Shown piece by piece: positions 37,080 through 46,890 of a DNA stretch of 53,025 nucleotides. Location: the IMG/VR virus record IMGVR_UViG_3300036389_000008, positions 1-53,025 of that record. One strand, written 5' to 3'. Position numbers and translations under genes: made by a program. Each line of letters starts with the position of its first letter. Position 1 is the first letter of the stretch. This DNA is from a virus (Duplodnaviria > Caudoviricetes). Under the pieces are notes generated by a model. The model did not search any database. It saw only the letters and a list, made by a program, of their open reading frames with translations, and was not told the DNA's origin.

Positions 37080-39110
37080 ATGAAAAAGTTACTCGTTTTT
37101 CTGTTTTCCCTGCTTTCCCTGACGGCTGTTGGTCAGGGAAAGCAGAAAGTGGAGGTTCGTAAAAAAGGCGCGGCCTTAAGCTCTCCACCGCTGTATACCG
37201 TCGAAGCCATTCGCGATAAAACCAAGTATCCGCTTGGTAGTCTGGCGATGACCAACAGCTTCACCACGGCCGCTGTATCGGGTGCGTTTAACCTGACGGT
37301 ACTCTGTGAGAGTGGTGCCCGGCCGGTGATCCCCAAAGGTACCCGGCCACCGACCGTTTCACCCTGCCCAACGAGCGCAGTATCCGCCACGAGCACCATC
37401 GGCCTGGCGGTTCGCTATACCTACGGAGCTAACAAGCTGCAGCTGCGCGGGTCGGGTACGGGTGAGTTTCAGATGATGATCGAGCCCGTCGACGGCCGCA
37501 CGCTTACGCTGTCGAATGAGCAGAACCCGGTGCTTCACCAGAGCCAGTTCTACTCGCCAGGCCTAGTCAATGACGGTAGTACGTATACGCTCGACTGGAC
37601 CTTTCAGGGCGTGCCACAGATCCCGCTGAAGCTATCGTTTCGCCGGGATGGGGTGACCTACGTCCGCACGATCACGCCCGTTGTCACGGCCACGGCCCAG
37701 CAGCTATTCGTAGCGGCTAACTCCAGTCCACCCACCACGACGCCAGCCTATTCGTCAACCTTTGCTCAGCTGTTTGTCTCGCAACCCGATCAGGGCTGGA
37801 GTGGCAGCGATGTAAAGACCATTTCGAACGGCAGACTTACGCTGGGCTTTAAGCGGTCGCTGGGGGCGGCTCTGTATTCGGCTATTTATAACCTGAAGGA
37901 GCACATTAACGATCTGATCGTTAATCCGAATGGTACGCCGATTTCGGACAAAGGCCGTCAGGATATGAAGTCGGTCTACCGATCTCCCCGCAGGGCGTTC
38001 CTGATCAACGGCTACAGCACGGTAACGGAAGGCTATGACACCGGCGATAACGGCGTGCAGGGTGGCAACAAAGATCCGCACTTCGATGTCTCGACAGTCT
38101 ACGCCAGCGCCATCTATGATCATCCGACGCTGGGGACGATGTTCTACGCCAAGTTCCGACCCAAAGTCTGGGGCGTACCCAACACCGACTGGACCGGAGT
38201 CATCGAGCAGTGGTTCTGGATGGATGGGAATGCCTGGGGGCAATACTACCGGATGGTCACTGAGCCGGGCTTTGAAGATCAGCGCCAGTTTAAATCTGAA
38301 GATCAGGAGAACCCGTCGATTTATGCCTGGGCCAGGTTTACCGATCAGCGCATTCCGGTCGGGACGCCAGGCTCAGGCTCGACGAATTTCTTTCCGAGCA
38401 ACTACCAGCAGGAGAATTTCTCGAAGAATATATTCTCCTCCGAGTGCCGGGCGGGCGTGTACGGGCAGGGAACGGGGCTGACCATTTATTCGCCCATCGA
38501 TGCTAATTACAAGGTCGGCCAGTTCAGCAATATCGACGATGGTCCCAATGGCCACGGCGCTTCCTACGTGGCTAACTGCGGCCAGCGTAACTACGACTCA
38601 CCGGGCACGTATGAGGATTGGGTGTTTGTCATTCTGGGTACGGAAAGTGAAGCCGTGGCCAAGATTGCCACCCTGCCGCCGATCGATCAGTCGGTTAATT
38701 TTCTCTTCAATACGGTCGATAATAAATGGCAGAACGGCGATTGCCGGGCTAAACTCGAAAACGGCCAGTGGACCGTCTACGTCGGTGATCAGAAGGAAGA
38801 CAATGGTCACTTCTCTACCAACGGCTCGTTTACTTCCCCGGTTCGGGCCTGGTCGAATCTAGCGGGCGCTACCCTCAAATTCGATATGGCGGTAACGGGT
38901 ACCGACCAGCTCCGTTTCACCTGGGATACACCCGGCGTGTCCGGCCAGAACCATCACGAAATGACGATCCCCGTCAACGGCGACGGGGTTCGGCGCACCT
39001 ACACCGTTACGCCGGCCTGGTCAGGTGTGATCAGTTGCTTCGGGCTTCAGGGCAACGATCACGTTCAGGCCGGCGTGGGCAAACTCATCATGTATTCTGT
39101 AACTAAATAA
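37080..39110 (+). CDS. Exported beta-rich protein
   Basis: Signal peptide MKKLLVFLFSLLSLTAVG|Q. Confidence 0.6.
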   Translation: MKKLLVFLFSLLSLTAVGQGKQKVEVRKKGAALSSPPLYTVEAIRDKTKYPLGSLAMTNSFTTAAVSGAFNLTVLCESGARPVIPKGTRPPTVSPCPTSAVSATSTIGLAVRYTYGANKLQLRGSGTGEFQMMIEPVDGRTLTLSNEQNPVLHQSQFYSPGLVNDGSTYTLDWTFQGVPQIPLKLSFRRDGVTYVRTITPVVTATAQQLFVAANSSPPTTTPAYSSTFAQLFVSQPDQGWSGSDVKTISNGRLTLGFKRSLGAALYSAIYNLKEHINDLIVNPNGTPISDKGRQDMKSVYRSPRRAFLINGYSTVTEGYDTGDNGVQGGNKDPHFDVSTVYASAIYDHPTLGTMFYAKFRPKVWGVPNTDWTGVIEQWFWMDGNAWGQYYRMVTEPGFEDQRQFKSEDQENPSIYAWARFTDQRIPVGTPGSGSTNFFPSNYQQENFSKNIFSSECRAGVYGQGTGLTIYSPIDANYKVGQFSNIDDGPNGHGASYVANCGQRNYDSPGTYEDWVFVILGTESEAVAKIATLPPIDQSVNFLFNTVDNKWQNGDCRAKLENGQWTVYVGDQKEDNGHFSTNGSFTSPVRAWSNLAGATLKFDMAVTGTDQLRFTWDTPGVSGQNHHEMTIPVNGDGVRRTYTVTPAWSGVISCFGLQGNDHVQAGVGKLIMYSVTK

Positions 39111-39114
39111 GTCA

Positions 39115-41595
39115 ATGGCAGCGCTTTCGTTAACGGCACTCGTCGACCTGATCAAGGCTAAGTTTACCCTTACGGCCTATACGGACCGCATCACCGCGCA
39201 GTCGCTCCGGGATGTGAATCTGGCGATGGTGGATACCATTGCGTCATTCAAGAATTTAGCCAATAATCCCAAAGGAGCCTGGAACGCATCGACCAATACA
39301 CCAACCCTATCGGCAACCCCGTCAGCGGCTGGCGATGCCTACGACGTCTCCGTGGGTGGCACGCAATCGATCACCGGCACCTCAGAAACCTTTCAGGCCG
39401 GTGATATCATCAAATCCGATGGCACGCACTGGTACCGGATACCCAGTGTCAATGTACCCGCCGATGGGAGTGTGACCGACTCCAAGCTGGACTCGTTTGT
39501 AAAGGCCCGGCTGAATGCGATCACGACCATCAGCTTTAAAAATACCGGCGTGCCCAGCTTTGCCACCGGCCCAGGCTCGACGGCCGCTACGGTCACCTTT
39601 TCCAATAGCCTGCTGTCGGTTCGGGCTACCGACACCAGTAAGTTCGCAGCGGCCGTCAACTCAGCGGAGGTGCTCAGCGCCGTGGTATCGAACGTAAACA
39701 GCTTTGTCGTTGTCGGTACCGGGGCGGGTAAAACCTTCTTTGTGAACGTGGCCATCGGGGGTGATCTGGGTAAGCTGTATACGGTCAATTCGGGTGGATC
39801 GCTGAGCGTAGTGACACCCTTGGACGGCTTTTCGGCCATTAATGCGGGCAACAAAATAAAGGTTGCTTTTTCGCCTACCCAGGTCGTATTGACTAAATCC
39901 GGCGACGGAATTACTTGGTCACCGCTGGGTACAGTTGACCGCGCCTACGGCATTACCAGTGCGCGTATCGGTACGATCAATTTCAGCACCTCGATCATTG
40001 AGGACTTGACCTTCTCCGGCGTCGTGCTGACCGAGCAGGGCGTAAAAAGCGAAGTCGATCTATCCAGCATCGACCAGGCGAATGCGCTAAGCCGAACCGC
40101 GCAGGAGTTTGTCCTATTAGCCGATCCAGCCTCCCCCTCTGGGCTAAAGCGAATTCCCTCGGTGACCCTGTTTCCAGACGTGGCGGCCAACGGCAACAAA
40201 ATCACCTATGCCCAGAATCAGGCGGTCAGTTTTTCGCTGGCCAATAATCCGGGGGGTACGTTTAGCTTCAATTATGCGCCCAATGGACTGCTGCAGGTGA
40301 GCGCGGGAAATACCACCGGCACGGCCATCGCCAGCGCCATCACCGATCAGGAGGTGTCGCAGGCGTACCTGAATTTCTCAGCCGGAAAGCCAGGCTGGAT
40401 CGTCACCGGCGCGTCAGGCAGTGGCAATACTACACTGGTGTATTCGCTCAACATCAACAGCCCACTCGCTGAATTTATCGTCATCAATCAGGCGGGGGTG
40501 TTTTCCAACCTGGCTAACGTCGTGCCCGTCACTGGCGCAGCCCTAACGGGTAGTCAGTGCCGAATCGACTTTGCGGCAAGCACCATCAAGGTGTACGATT
40601 ACGTGAATGGCGCGTTCGTGCTGTGGGCAACCATCAATAAGTCTACGTATGGCATTACCCGCAACGTGACGGGTACCTGGGGGGCGGGCACCTTCGGCAA
40701 CCTGATCCGCTTCAGCTCGATCAACCTGGTGTATTCGGGGAATGGGCAGACGGTTGATCTAACGACCGTGGCCGAAGTGACCAATCTGGACGCTAACACA
40801 TTTGTTGGGCTGTATTCGCCAGGCGTTACGGCTGGGGTGGGTAAAACAACGCTGCCGAATCTGGCCACAGCGCTGGGGGTTCGGCGTGCCTGGGCCGGAA
40901 AGACGATTGTGCTGTACATGGATAGTATCTCCAGCAGCTACTATCCGGAATACGGGATTCAGTTATCGGCGAAAACCGGCGCCACGGTCATTTCCAAAGG
41001 CTATCCGGGATTGAACGTGGCGCAAACGGCCGATACCACAAAGCTCGATGATGTGGCCGCGCTGCATCCTGATTTGATTATTCTACTACCAGGTGGGAAC
41101 GATGACGGGGTTGCGGGAACGGTGGGTACGTTTTACGGAGCATCGGGCGAAACGATGGTAAATGATCCGAACCCATCGGCCCCATACGCGGGTACAAAGT
41201 ACATCGAAGCGATCGCCTACACGGTGCGGTATCTGAACAGCAAATTGTATGATTTCCGCATCGGCAACACGGGCCCGTATACCGGTGTCAAAAAGCCGCA
41301 GATCGTGCTGTGTAACGGACTACCGAGAAAGGTTTCCAGCAATGATCTGACAACGGCATCGAACAACCCAGCCAATCATTTGCGCAAAGCGACGGCCGTT
41401 CGAGAGATCTGTGACCGCTATCACCTAAAAATGGTCGACACGTTTCGGGGTTGCGGCTGGGACATGAGCCTGGAGCCCTACTTCGATCCGACGATTGATT
41501 ATCAACTGAACCGGGGTGTGCTCACCAATGACGGATTACACCCCAATGCCTACGGTTACGACCGCATCACTGACCTGGTTGTGGCTACGATATAG
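39115..41595 (+). CDS. Tail spike with C-terminal SGNH/GDSL esterase
   Basis: KGAWNASTNTPTL spike repeat; YMDSIS, GGND, DGLHPN. Confidence 0.75.
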   Translation: MAALSLTALVDLIKAKFTLTAYTDRITAQSLRDVNLAMVDTIASFKNLANNPKGAWNASTNTPTLSATPSAAGDAYDVSVGGTQSITGTSETFQAGDIIKSDGTHWYRIPSVNVPADGSVTDSKLDSFVKARLNAITTISFKNTGVPSFATGPGSTAATVTFSNSLLSVRATDTSKFAAAVNSAEVLSAVVSNVNSFVVVGTGAGKTFFVNVAIGGDLGKLYTVNSGGSLSVVTPLDGFSAINAGNKIKVAFSPTQVVLTKSGDGITWSPLGTVDRAYGITSARIGTINFSTSIIEDLTFSGVVLTEQGVKSEVDLSSIDQANALSRTAQEFVLLADPASPSGLKRIPSVTLFPDVAANGNKITYAQNQAVSFSLANNPGGTFSFNYAPNGLLQVSAGNTTGTAIASAITDQEVSQAYLNFSAGKPGWIVTGASGSGNTTLVYSLNINSPLAEFIVINQAGVFSNLANVVPVTGAALTGSQCRIDFAASTIKVYDYVNGAFVLWATINKSTYGITRNVTGTWGAGTFGNLIRFSSINLVYSGNGQTVDLTTVAEVTNLDANTFVGLYSPGVTAGVGKTTLPNLATALGVRRAWAGKTIVLYMDSISSSYYPEYGIQLSAKTGATVISKGYPGLNVAQTADTTKLDDVAALHPDLIILLPGGNDDGVAGTVGTFYGASGETMVNDPNPSAPYAGTKYIEAIAYTVRYLNSKLYDFRIGNTGPYTGVKKPQIVLCNGLPRKVSSNDLTTASNNPANHLRKATAVREICDRYHLKMVDTFRGCGWDMSLEPYFDPTIDYQLNRGVLTNDGLHPNAYGYDRITDLVVATI

Positions 41596-41671
41596 CCTAA
41601 AAACAGAAAACAGTCTGGCTACTTGTGCAGGGCGCCCGGACTGTTCTCAAATGAGCTCATTGCCCGATCCT

Positions 41672-41707
41672 TTCCCGGAAGGAGCGTAACAAATAACGCT
41701 TCTTTCG
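41672..41707 (+). promoter_or_regulatory. Degenerate leader element copy 6 (TTCCCGGAAGG) with 12-bp start-proximal stem
   Basis: 8/11 match; 41676-41687 pairs with 41696-41707; ATG at 41708. Confidence 0.5.
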
Positions 41708-43123
41708 ATGAGAAAATCAATTCTTCAATTCCATCAGATCGGCGTATCGATCTGGCTGGCTGTACTGCTGACGAGTAGCGCCTTTGCGCAGTTTGGACAA
41801 CCGCGTGTCCCTCAATTTCGGCAGGGCAATAACAACCTGCTTGGTATGCGGTTATCGCTGATTGGCGAACTGGTCACGCCGTCCTCATCGCTAACGGTAC
41901 TTACCGAAATCCGTACCTGTGAAGCCTGTCCGGTTGCCTGGCAGGTTAACATGCTTCCGGTTGGAAACGGTACTGGCTTGATTCGAGGGCAGCTCCCAAA
42001 TCTCGGACAAGGCATCTACTACTGGGGCTTGCGCATCAAACGGGCTAATGGAGAAATACCTTTCGCGGGGGGTATTGGTAAACTTCAGGTACTACCAACG
42101 GGTGCGCTGGAAAGCATCAGCGATGCGACCGGCTATACCATCAATATCAACGAGGATAAGCTGGTTACCTATGTGAATATAGGGAGCGAACCGGGCGCGG
42201 CCATTGCGGCTTATCTAGCTGGTGAGATGCGTAAAACCGCCGATTCCATTTTTGCCGTTCAGGATGGTATTGACTCATCGGCTACTGTCGCTCAGGCGAA
42301 CGCAGCCGCAGCACTGACCTACAAAAACGCGGCTGCTACCTCGGCAGGGCAGGCCTCCGCCAGTGCGACCGCAGCCCAGACGTTTAGTCAGCAGGCACAG
42401 ACCTACGCCGGGAACGCCAATACCAGCGCTGGAAATGCCAGTACTAGCGAAGCCAACGCACTGACCTACAAAAATGCAGCTAGTACGTCGGCTGGGCAGT
42501 CGTCCGCTAGTGCAGCCGCTGCCGCAACGTCGGCCAGCAACGCTACTAGTTCAGCGCAGGCCTCGGCTACGTCGGCGGGTCAATCATCTGCCTCAGCCAC
42601 AGCCGCGCAGACGTCCGCTACAAATGCGAACAATTCCGCGACGGCCGCGGCTACCAGTGCCGGGCAGGCCTCCGCCAGTGCGACCGCAGCTGCTACGTCG
42701 GCTCAGGCAGCTGCCACCTCAGCTAGTCAGGCCAGTGCCTCAGCCACAGCCGCGGCTACCAGTGCCAGTAATGCCCAGGCATCGTATACCGCCACAGCCG
42801 CACTGGTAGCTAACCGAGTCGTGACAGCGGCTTCAGTGGCTACAACTTACACGATCGATCTCTCGCAGGCCGATAACACCTTCGCCTTTATCACGCTGAC
42901 GGGTAACACCACGCTGACAATCTCGAATGCGGCTCAGGGCAAATCCTTGTATCTGCGCGTAGTGCAGGGGGGAGCGGGTTCATTCACGCTCACCTTTCCG
43001 GCTGGGGTGAAGTTTCCGGGAGGATCGGCGATCGATTGGAACACGACGGCGGGATCTGTGAATGTGTTTTCGCTGGTCGCTTCCTCTAGCTCTGCGTATG
43101 ATGGCTTCTACTCCAAACAATAA
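41708..43123 (+). CDS. Fibre-like protein with Ala/Ser/Thr heptad stalk and N-terminal signal peptide
   Basis: ...WLAVLLTSSAFA|Q; AAATSAGQASASAT repeats; C-terminal beta domain. Confidence 0.7.
   Translation: MRKSILQFHQIGVSIWLAVLLTSSAFAQFGQPRVPQFRQGNNNLLGMRLSLIGELVTPSSSLTVLTEIRTCEACPVAWQVNMLPVGNGTGLIRGQLPNLGQGIYYWGLRIKRANGEIPFAGGIGKLQVLPTGALESISDATGYTININEDKLVTYVNIGSEPGAAIAAYLAGEMRKTADSIFAVQDGIDSSATVAQANAAAALTYKNAAATSAGQASASATAAQTFSQQAQTYAGNANTSAGNASTSEANALTYKNAASTSAGQSSASAAAAATSASNATSSAQASATSAGQSSASATAAQTSATNANNSATAAATSAGQASASATAAATSAQAAATSASQASASATAAATSASNAQASYTATAALVANRVVTAASVATTYTIDLSQADNTFAFITLTGNTTLTISNAAQGKSLYLRVVQGGAGSFTLTFPAGVKFPGGSAIDWNTTAGSVNVFSLVASSSSAYDGFYSKQ
42290..42800 (+). 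repeat. Intragenic 14-aa (42-nt) Ala/Ser/Thr repeats
   Basis: gggcaggcctccgccagtgcgaccgcagc recurs near 42347 and 42662. Confidence 0.8.
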
Positions 43124-43129
43124 CCATCC

Positions 43130-44410
43130 ATGAAAAAGCTACTCATTATTTTATTTCTGACCATTAGCCTGGCTGCCTGTGGCCAGATGACTATTCGGCC
43201 GACGATTGGCCAGTTTACCCCATCGCTCGTGCTGGATTTTTCGCGCGGTACCTTCCCGATCGGGCCAACGTTTACGCGCTCGTCGATTGCTACCTATTTC
43301 GATCAGACGGGTACGATGCAGACGGCTTCGGCCAACACGCCCCGGATTGATTACGATCCGGTGACAGGCGATTGTAAGGGATTATTGATTGAGGAGTCGC
43401 GGACGAATATGCTTATTTACAGCAATACGTTAACAACTTGGACGTCAGCAGGTGCAGTTGCGGGTGTTTCAGCTATAACTTTGCCAGGTACTTCTTTAGG
43501 CTATAACCGCTTTAGTGTATCCAGTGCAGGGCAGGTCTGGCATCGTATTGAGAATCCGAATACCTCACTAAGCGTTACGTCAGGGACGACATACGCTGGT
43601 TTTGTTATCTATGAAACAACGGGTACTTCGGGGCGCATTCGAATTGTGCTTCGAGATGGCACTTCTGGGTCTTCAAATGAAACCTTAATATCTGGCCTTG
43701 TTGGGTCGCCAGTTAATTCTCAAACGCAATCGGGTACTGTCACGATCTTGTCAAATGTTGCGCTCAGTCCAACAGTCCGGAAGGTCTCTTTTAGTTATAC
43801 CCCCAACTTTACAGGCAGGCTACTTTTAGGCTTAGGTGCGGATAATGCAACTTCAGGCACAACCGCCGTATTTCTGGCCGCTCAACTTGAGCAGGGCGCT
43901 TTCCCCACCTCCTTCATTCCCACCACGAACGTAACTGCCACCCGCGCGGCTGATGTGTGCAGCATGAGCAATATTTCAAGCTGGTATAATCAGAGTGAGG
44001 GGACTGCCTTGGTAGAATTCAGCGAGATGACGACTACAGCGAGTCGGCTAATTAGCTTTTCGGATGGGGGGAGTAACAATAGTATCAACGCTGGGGGGCG
44101 GACAGCTGCCAGCTTTTACATCTTCAACAATATTACAGTTGGAGGAACTAACACTGCAAACGTAACAACCAATTCGCTCTCTACCCCTCAGTCTGGTAAG
44201 CTAGCTACGGCCTGGAAAGCAGGCGATCATGCTTCAAGTTTGAACGGAGGAACAATACAATCGTCCTCAAACGCGGCCGCTCTACCTACTGTGAACAAGT
44301 TAAATATAGGCCGAAATGAAAGCGGTGTGACCCTAAACGGCTATATCCGACGCCTGGTCTACTACCCCCGTCGCCTGCCCAACGCCTACTTACAATCCTT
44401 AACGCAATAG
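43130..44410 (+). CDS. Spike/fibre tip protein with LamG-like domains and signal peptide
   Basis: GLLIEESRTN, AQLEQGAFPTSFIPTT..ATRAAD, WYNQSEGT, LNGYIRRLVYYP; N-terminal MKKLLIILFLTISLAACGQ. Confidence 0.75.
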   Translation: MKKLLIILFLTISLAACGQMTIRPTIGQFTPSLVLDFSRGTFPIGPTFTRSSIATYFDQTGTMQTASANTPRIDYDPVTGDCKGLLIEESRTNMLIYSNTLTTWTSAGAVAGVSAITLPGTSLGYNRFSVSSAGQVWHRIENPNTSLSVTSGTTYAGFVIYETTGTSGRIRIVLRDGTSGSSNETLISGLVGSPVNSQTQSGTVTILSNVALSPTVRKVSFSYTPNFTGRLLLGLGADNATSGTTAVFLAAQLEQGAFPTSFIPTTNVTATRAADVCSMSNISSWYNQSEGTALVEFSEMTTTASRLISFSDGGSNNSINAGGRTAASFYIFNNITVGGTNTANVTTNSLSTPQSGKLATAWKAGDHASSLNGGTIQSSSNAAALPTVNKLNIGRNESGVTLNGYIRRLVYYPRRLPNAYLQSLTQ

Positions 44411-44412
44411 CT

Positions 44413-44811
44413 ATGTTTCTTCTCGATTCCCCCGACAAGTGGAGGGCAGTATGGCCCTTTTTAACTGATGCCGAAATCGCTAATTACGTCGCGGACGGCA
44501 CGCTGATTCCTGAACTGCAAGCCGAAGCCCATCCCCGAACAACCGGCCAGCAGTATTCGGGCAATGCAGCTGTTCGTGCTGTTTTCTTATTCCAGGGCGA
44601 GCAGGTTTCGCCCATTGGAGCGCCCTGGTTTCAGGTCGTCATGAAGCCCGCGACGATCTGGAAAGTGGCCATGCTGGTCGCTCAGGAAGAGACCGAAATC
44701 GCGGCAAAGCTCATCGAATTGAACGGCGGCACCATGCCCAACATCCGGCCACCGCTGCCACCGGCCGAGCCAGTGCCGACCGAACCGGAGACGCCCGAAG
44801 CCGGCGAATAA
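44413..44811 (+). CDS. Hypothetical protein (possible fibre chaperone)
   Basis: Directly after the fibre gene. Confidence 0.5.
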   Translation: MFLLDSPDKWRAVWPFLTDAEIANYVADGTLIPELQAEAHPRTTGQQYSGNAAVRAVFLFQGEQVSPIGAPWFQVVMKPATIWKVAMLVAQEETEIAAKLIELNGGTMPNIRPPLPPAEPVPTEPETPEAGE

Positions 44812-44847
44812 GTACATTTTTCACCTAACAACTCATCGTAACGCGTA

Positions 44848-45210
44848 ATGAAAGAGGGCTATGAAGCATGGAAAGCAGTGCCTGGTGATGTACTTATTGC
44901 CATGTGCCTATTTGTGGGCGCCCTGGCCCGGTTGACCCGGAACGAAGCAATTGGCATCTGGGTCGCAGCGAAGGAGTTTTTCTACTCGCTGGTCGTGGGT
45001 GCCGTAATTACGGGCTTTGCGATCTGGCTCAGTGACTGGGAGCTAAAGACCGCCTGGTGGGTGGCGCTGGCCGCTCCGATGGCCTGCTCGATGATCGTCG
45101 AAATTGCTGAAAAGAAAGCGCATGACATCCGGGATATGAGCCTGACGGAGACGATTACCTTCATTTTCGATGAAATTCAAAAACGCTTAAAAAAGCAAAC
45201 ACAACCGTAA
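44848..45210 (+). CDS. Probable holin
   Basis: Three hydrophobic segments, charged C-terminus, upstream of endolysin. Confidence 0.55.
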   Translation: MKEGYEAWKAVPGDVLIAMCLFVGALARLTRNEAIGIWVAAKEFFYSLVVGAVITGFAIWLSDWELKTAWWVALAAPMACSMIVEIAEKKAHDIRDMSLTETITFIFDEIQKRLKKQTQP

Positions 45211-45215
45211 ACTGT

Positions 45216-45677
45216 ATGATCACTGTAACTGATTTAATCCTTCTTGCCGCAGCGCTGCTGTCGGTTTTCTTTGTGGCAGGCCTGCACAATGTCCCCTTCA
45301 TCGTTCGGGGATCGGTCGGGCTGATTGGGCCAGGCTTTCTGTTGACGTTCCTGCTGCACTACCAATACGCCCGGCACGTTGACTACGGGCTTATTCTGAC
45401 GGGCGTGGCGCTGATCCTGTCGGCTAGTACCGGGTTTCGCTACCTGAAGAACACGCCGATGACGCGCGGGGAAAAATTCAAACTGGCCTGGCGCTTTGCC
45501 ATCGGCTTTGCTCTGTCCGCAGTCGCAGTAACGGCCGTGGCCGCGCTGATCCTGGGCTTTGAAAAAAGCCGGGCATCACCGCCAAAGTCTACCCAGGCAC
45601 CGGTTTCGGCTACGGTCGCCGTAGGGGATACCACAGAAGCCGCTATCGCCAAATTCAATTCGGTCCGCGGGAAATGA
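45216..45677 (+). CDS. Multi-pass membrane protein (lysis module)
   Basis: About four hydrophobic segments. Confidence 0.55.
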   Translation: MITVTDLILLAAALLSVFFVAGLHNVPFIVRGSVGLIGPGFLLTFLLHYQYARHVDYGLILTGVALILSASTGFRYLKNTPMTRGEKFKLAWRFAIGFALSAVAVTAVAALILGFEKSRASPPKSTQAPVSATVAVGDTTEAAIAKFNSVRGK

Positions 45678-46060
45678 GCACGTTCGATCGACTCCTGATT
45701 CACCTGGTCATTGGCCTATTGTGCATGGCCGGTTTGCTGTTTTGTGCTGGCGCGAAGGCGCAGACGATGCCGTCGTTTTATTCCCAGGATCCGGGTTACT
45801 GGTACGGTCAATATCTAACCCAGAGGTCGAAAGCCGATAGTCTGTCCAAGTTCGGCACAACGGCCATTAACGGCTTGCAAGCCAGCTTAGATACTGCTAA
45901 TAATCGAATTAGCAAGCAGGCAGCAATTCAGCAAAAGTCGGATGATCTGCTGACGGACCTGAAAGACGAGCTGGACGATGAATTTATTCGCGGCCGGTTT
46001 CTGGGCTGGGGACGCAGGGCATTTATTAAAGGACTACTTAAAAAGCTACAATCGAAATGA
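45674..46060 (+). CDS. Exported coiled-coil protein (spanin-like candidate)
   Basis: N-terminal hydrophobic helix, AKA|Q, coiled coil, basic amphipathic tail. Confidence 0.45.
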   Translation: MSTFDRLLIHLVIGLLCMAGLLFCAGAKAQTMPSFYSQDPGYWYGQYLTQRSKADSLSKFGTTAINGLQASLDTANNRISKQAAIQQKSDDLLTDLKDELDDEFIRGRFLGWGRRAFIKGLLKKLQSK

Positions 46061-46509
46061 ACCGATACACGATTTCAAAAGCGGGGATAGCCTTTATCAA
46101 GAATGAGGAAGGCTGTAAACTCCGAGCCTACAAAGATCAGGTTGGCGTTTGGACCATCGGCTATGGCCATACCGGGCCGGATGTGACACCGGGCTTACAG
46201 ATCACGGCCGAACGGGCTGAGCAGTTACTCGTTCAGGACCTAGGCAAATGTGAAAAGGCAATTCAGACAAAGATCACGCGGGTATTATCGACGAACCAGG
46301 TTGATTCGTTGTGCTCGTTCGCCTTTAATGTTGGAGTTTCCGCCTTTGAGGACTCGACATTATTAAAAACGATCAACGTCGATCCGGTTAGTCCGGAGGT
46401 TCGTCGTCAATTTATGCGGTGGACAAAAGGGACAATTAATGGAAAGAAAGTCGATCTGCCGGTATTGATTGCCCGTCGCAAACGTGAAGCCAACCTGTAT
46501 TTTTCATAG
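46057..46509 (+). CDS. Endolysin, phage lysozyme (GH24)
   Basis: EEG...AYKD..GVWTIGYGHT, FAFNVG, RRKREANLY. Confidence 0.95.
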   Translation: MNRYTISKAGIAFIKNEEGCKLRAYKDQVGVWTIGYGHTGPDVTPGLQITAERAEQLLVQDLGKCEKAIQTKITRVLSTNQVDSLCSFAFNVGVSAFEDSTLLKTINVDPVSPEVRRQFMRWTKGTINGKKVDLPVLIARRKREANLYFS

Positions 46510-46533
46510 AGTGAGATTATTAGGAAGGAATGT

Positions 46534-46567
46534 AAAAACCCAGACTGTCTTACGGCCTGGGTTTTTT
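46534..46567. terminator. Bidirectional terminator between the convergent arms
   Basis: aaaaacccag...ctgggtttttt. Confidence 0.85.
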
Positions 46568-46569
46568 GT

Positions 46570-46815
46570 TTATAATGACTGAATATAATTATAAGTAGCA
46601 TTTACGTCCGTCGAGCGGAAAATATACCCCTTTGGCTGATTACCACTGACGATGAGCACGTCATCGTCAGCTTCAGCGCCCGGCTCCTCATTAGCTTGGG
46701 CAATGCATGTATAAGGCTGATCGCCGACCATAAAATACAGGAGTAGGCCACGATTTTCGTGGATAACGCCGTTACCAAGTTGGGTTTTAAGTTGCAGGAG
46801 TTTGGGTTGATTCAT
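46570..46815 (-). CDS. Hypothetical protein
   Basis: Last ORF of the leftward arm. Confidence 0.55.
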   Translation of the reverse strand: MNQPKLLQLKTQLGNGVIHENRGLLLYFMVGDQPYTCIAQANEEPGAEADDDVLIVSGNQPKGYIFRSTDVNATYNYIQSL

Positions 46816-46890
46816 ACGGTTTTTGCAAGTTTGGACACGCTTTTCAGGGTTTTCGATTCATTTTCTGCATTTTTTTTCCAGAAATGGAAA

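Noticed and set aside
32845-44410. Diversity-generating retroelement or invertible fibre cassette
   Set aside because: No reverse transcriptase, invertase, template/variable repeat pair or inverted fibre fragments seen
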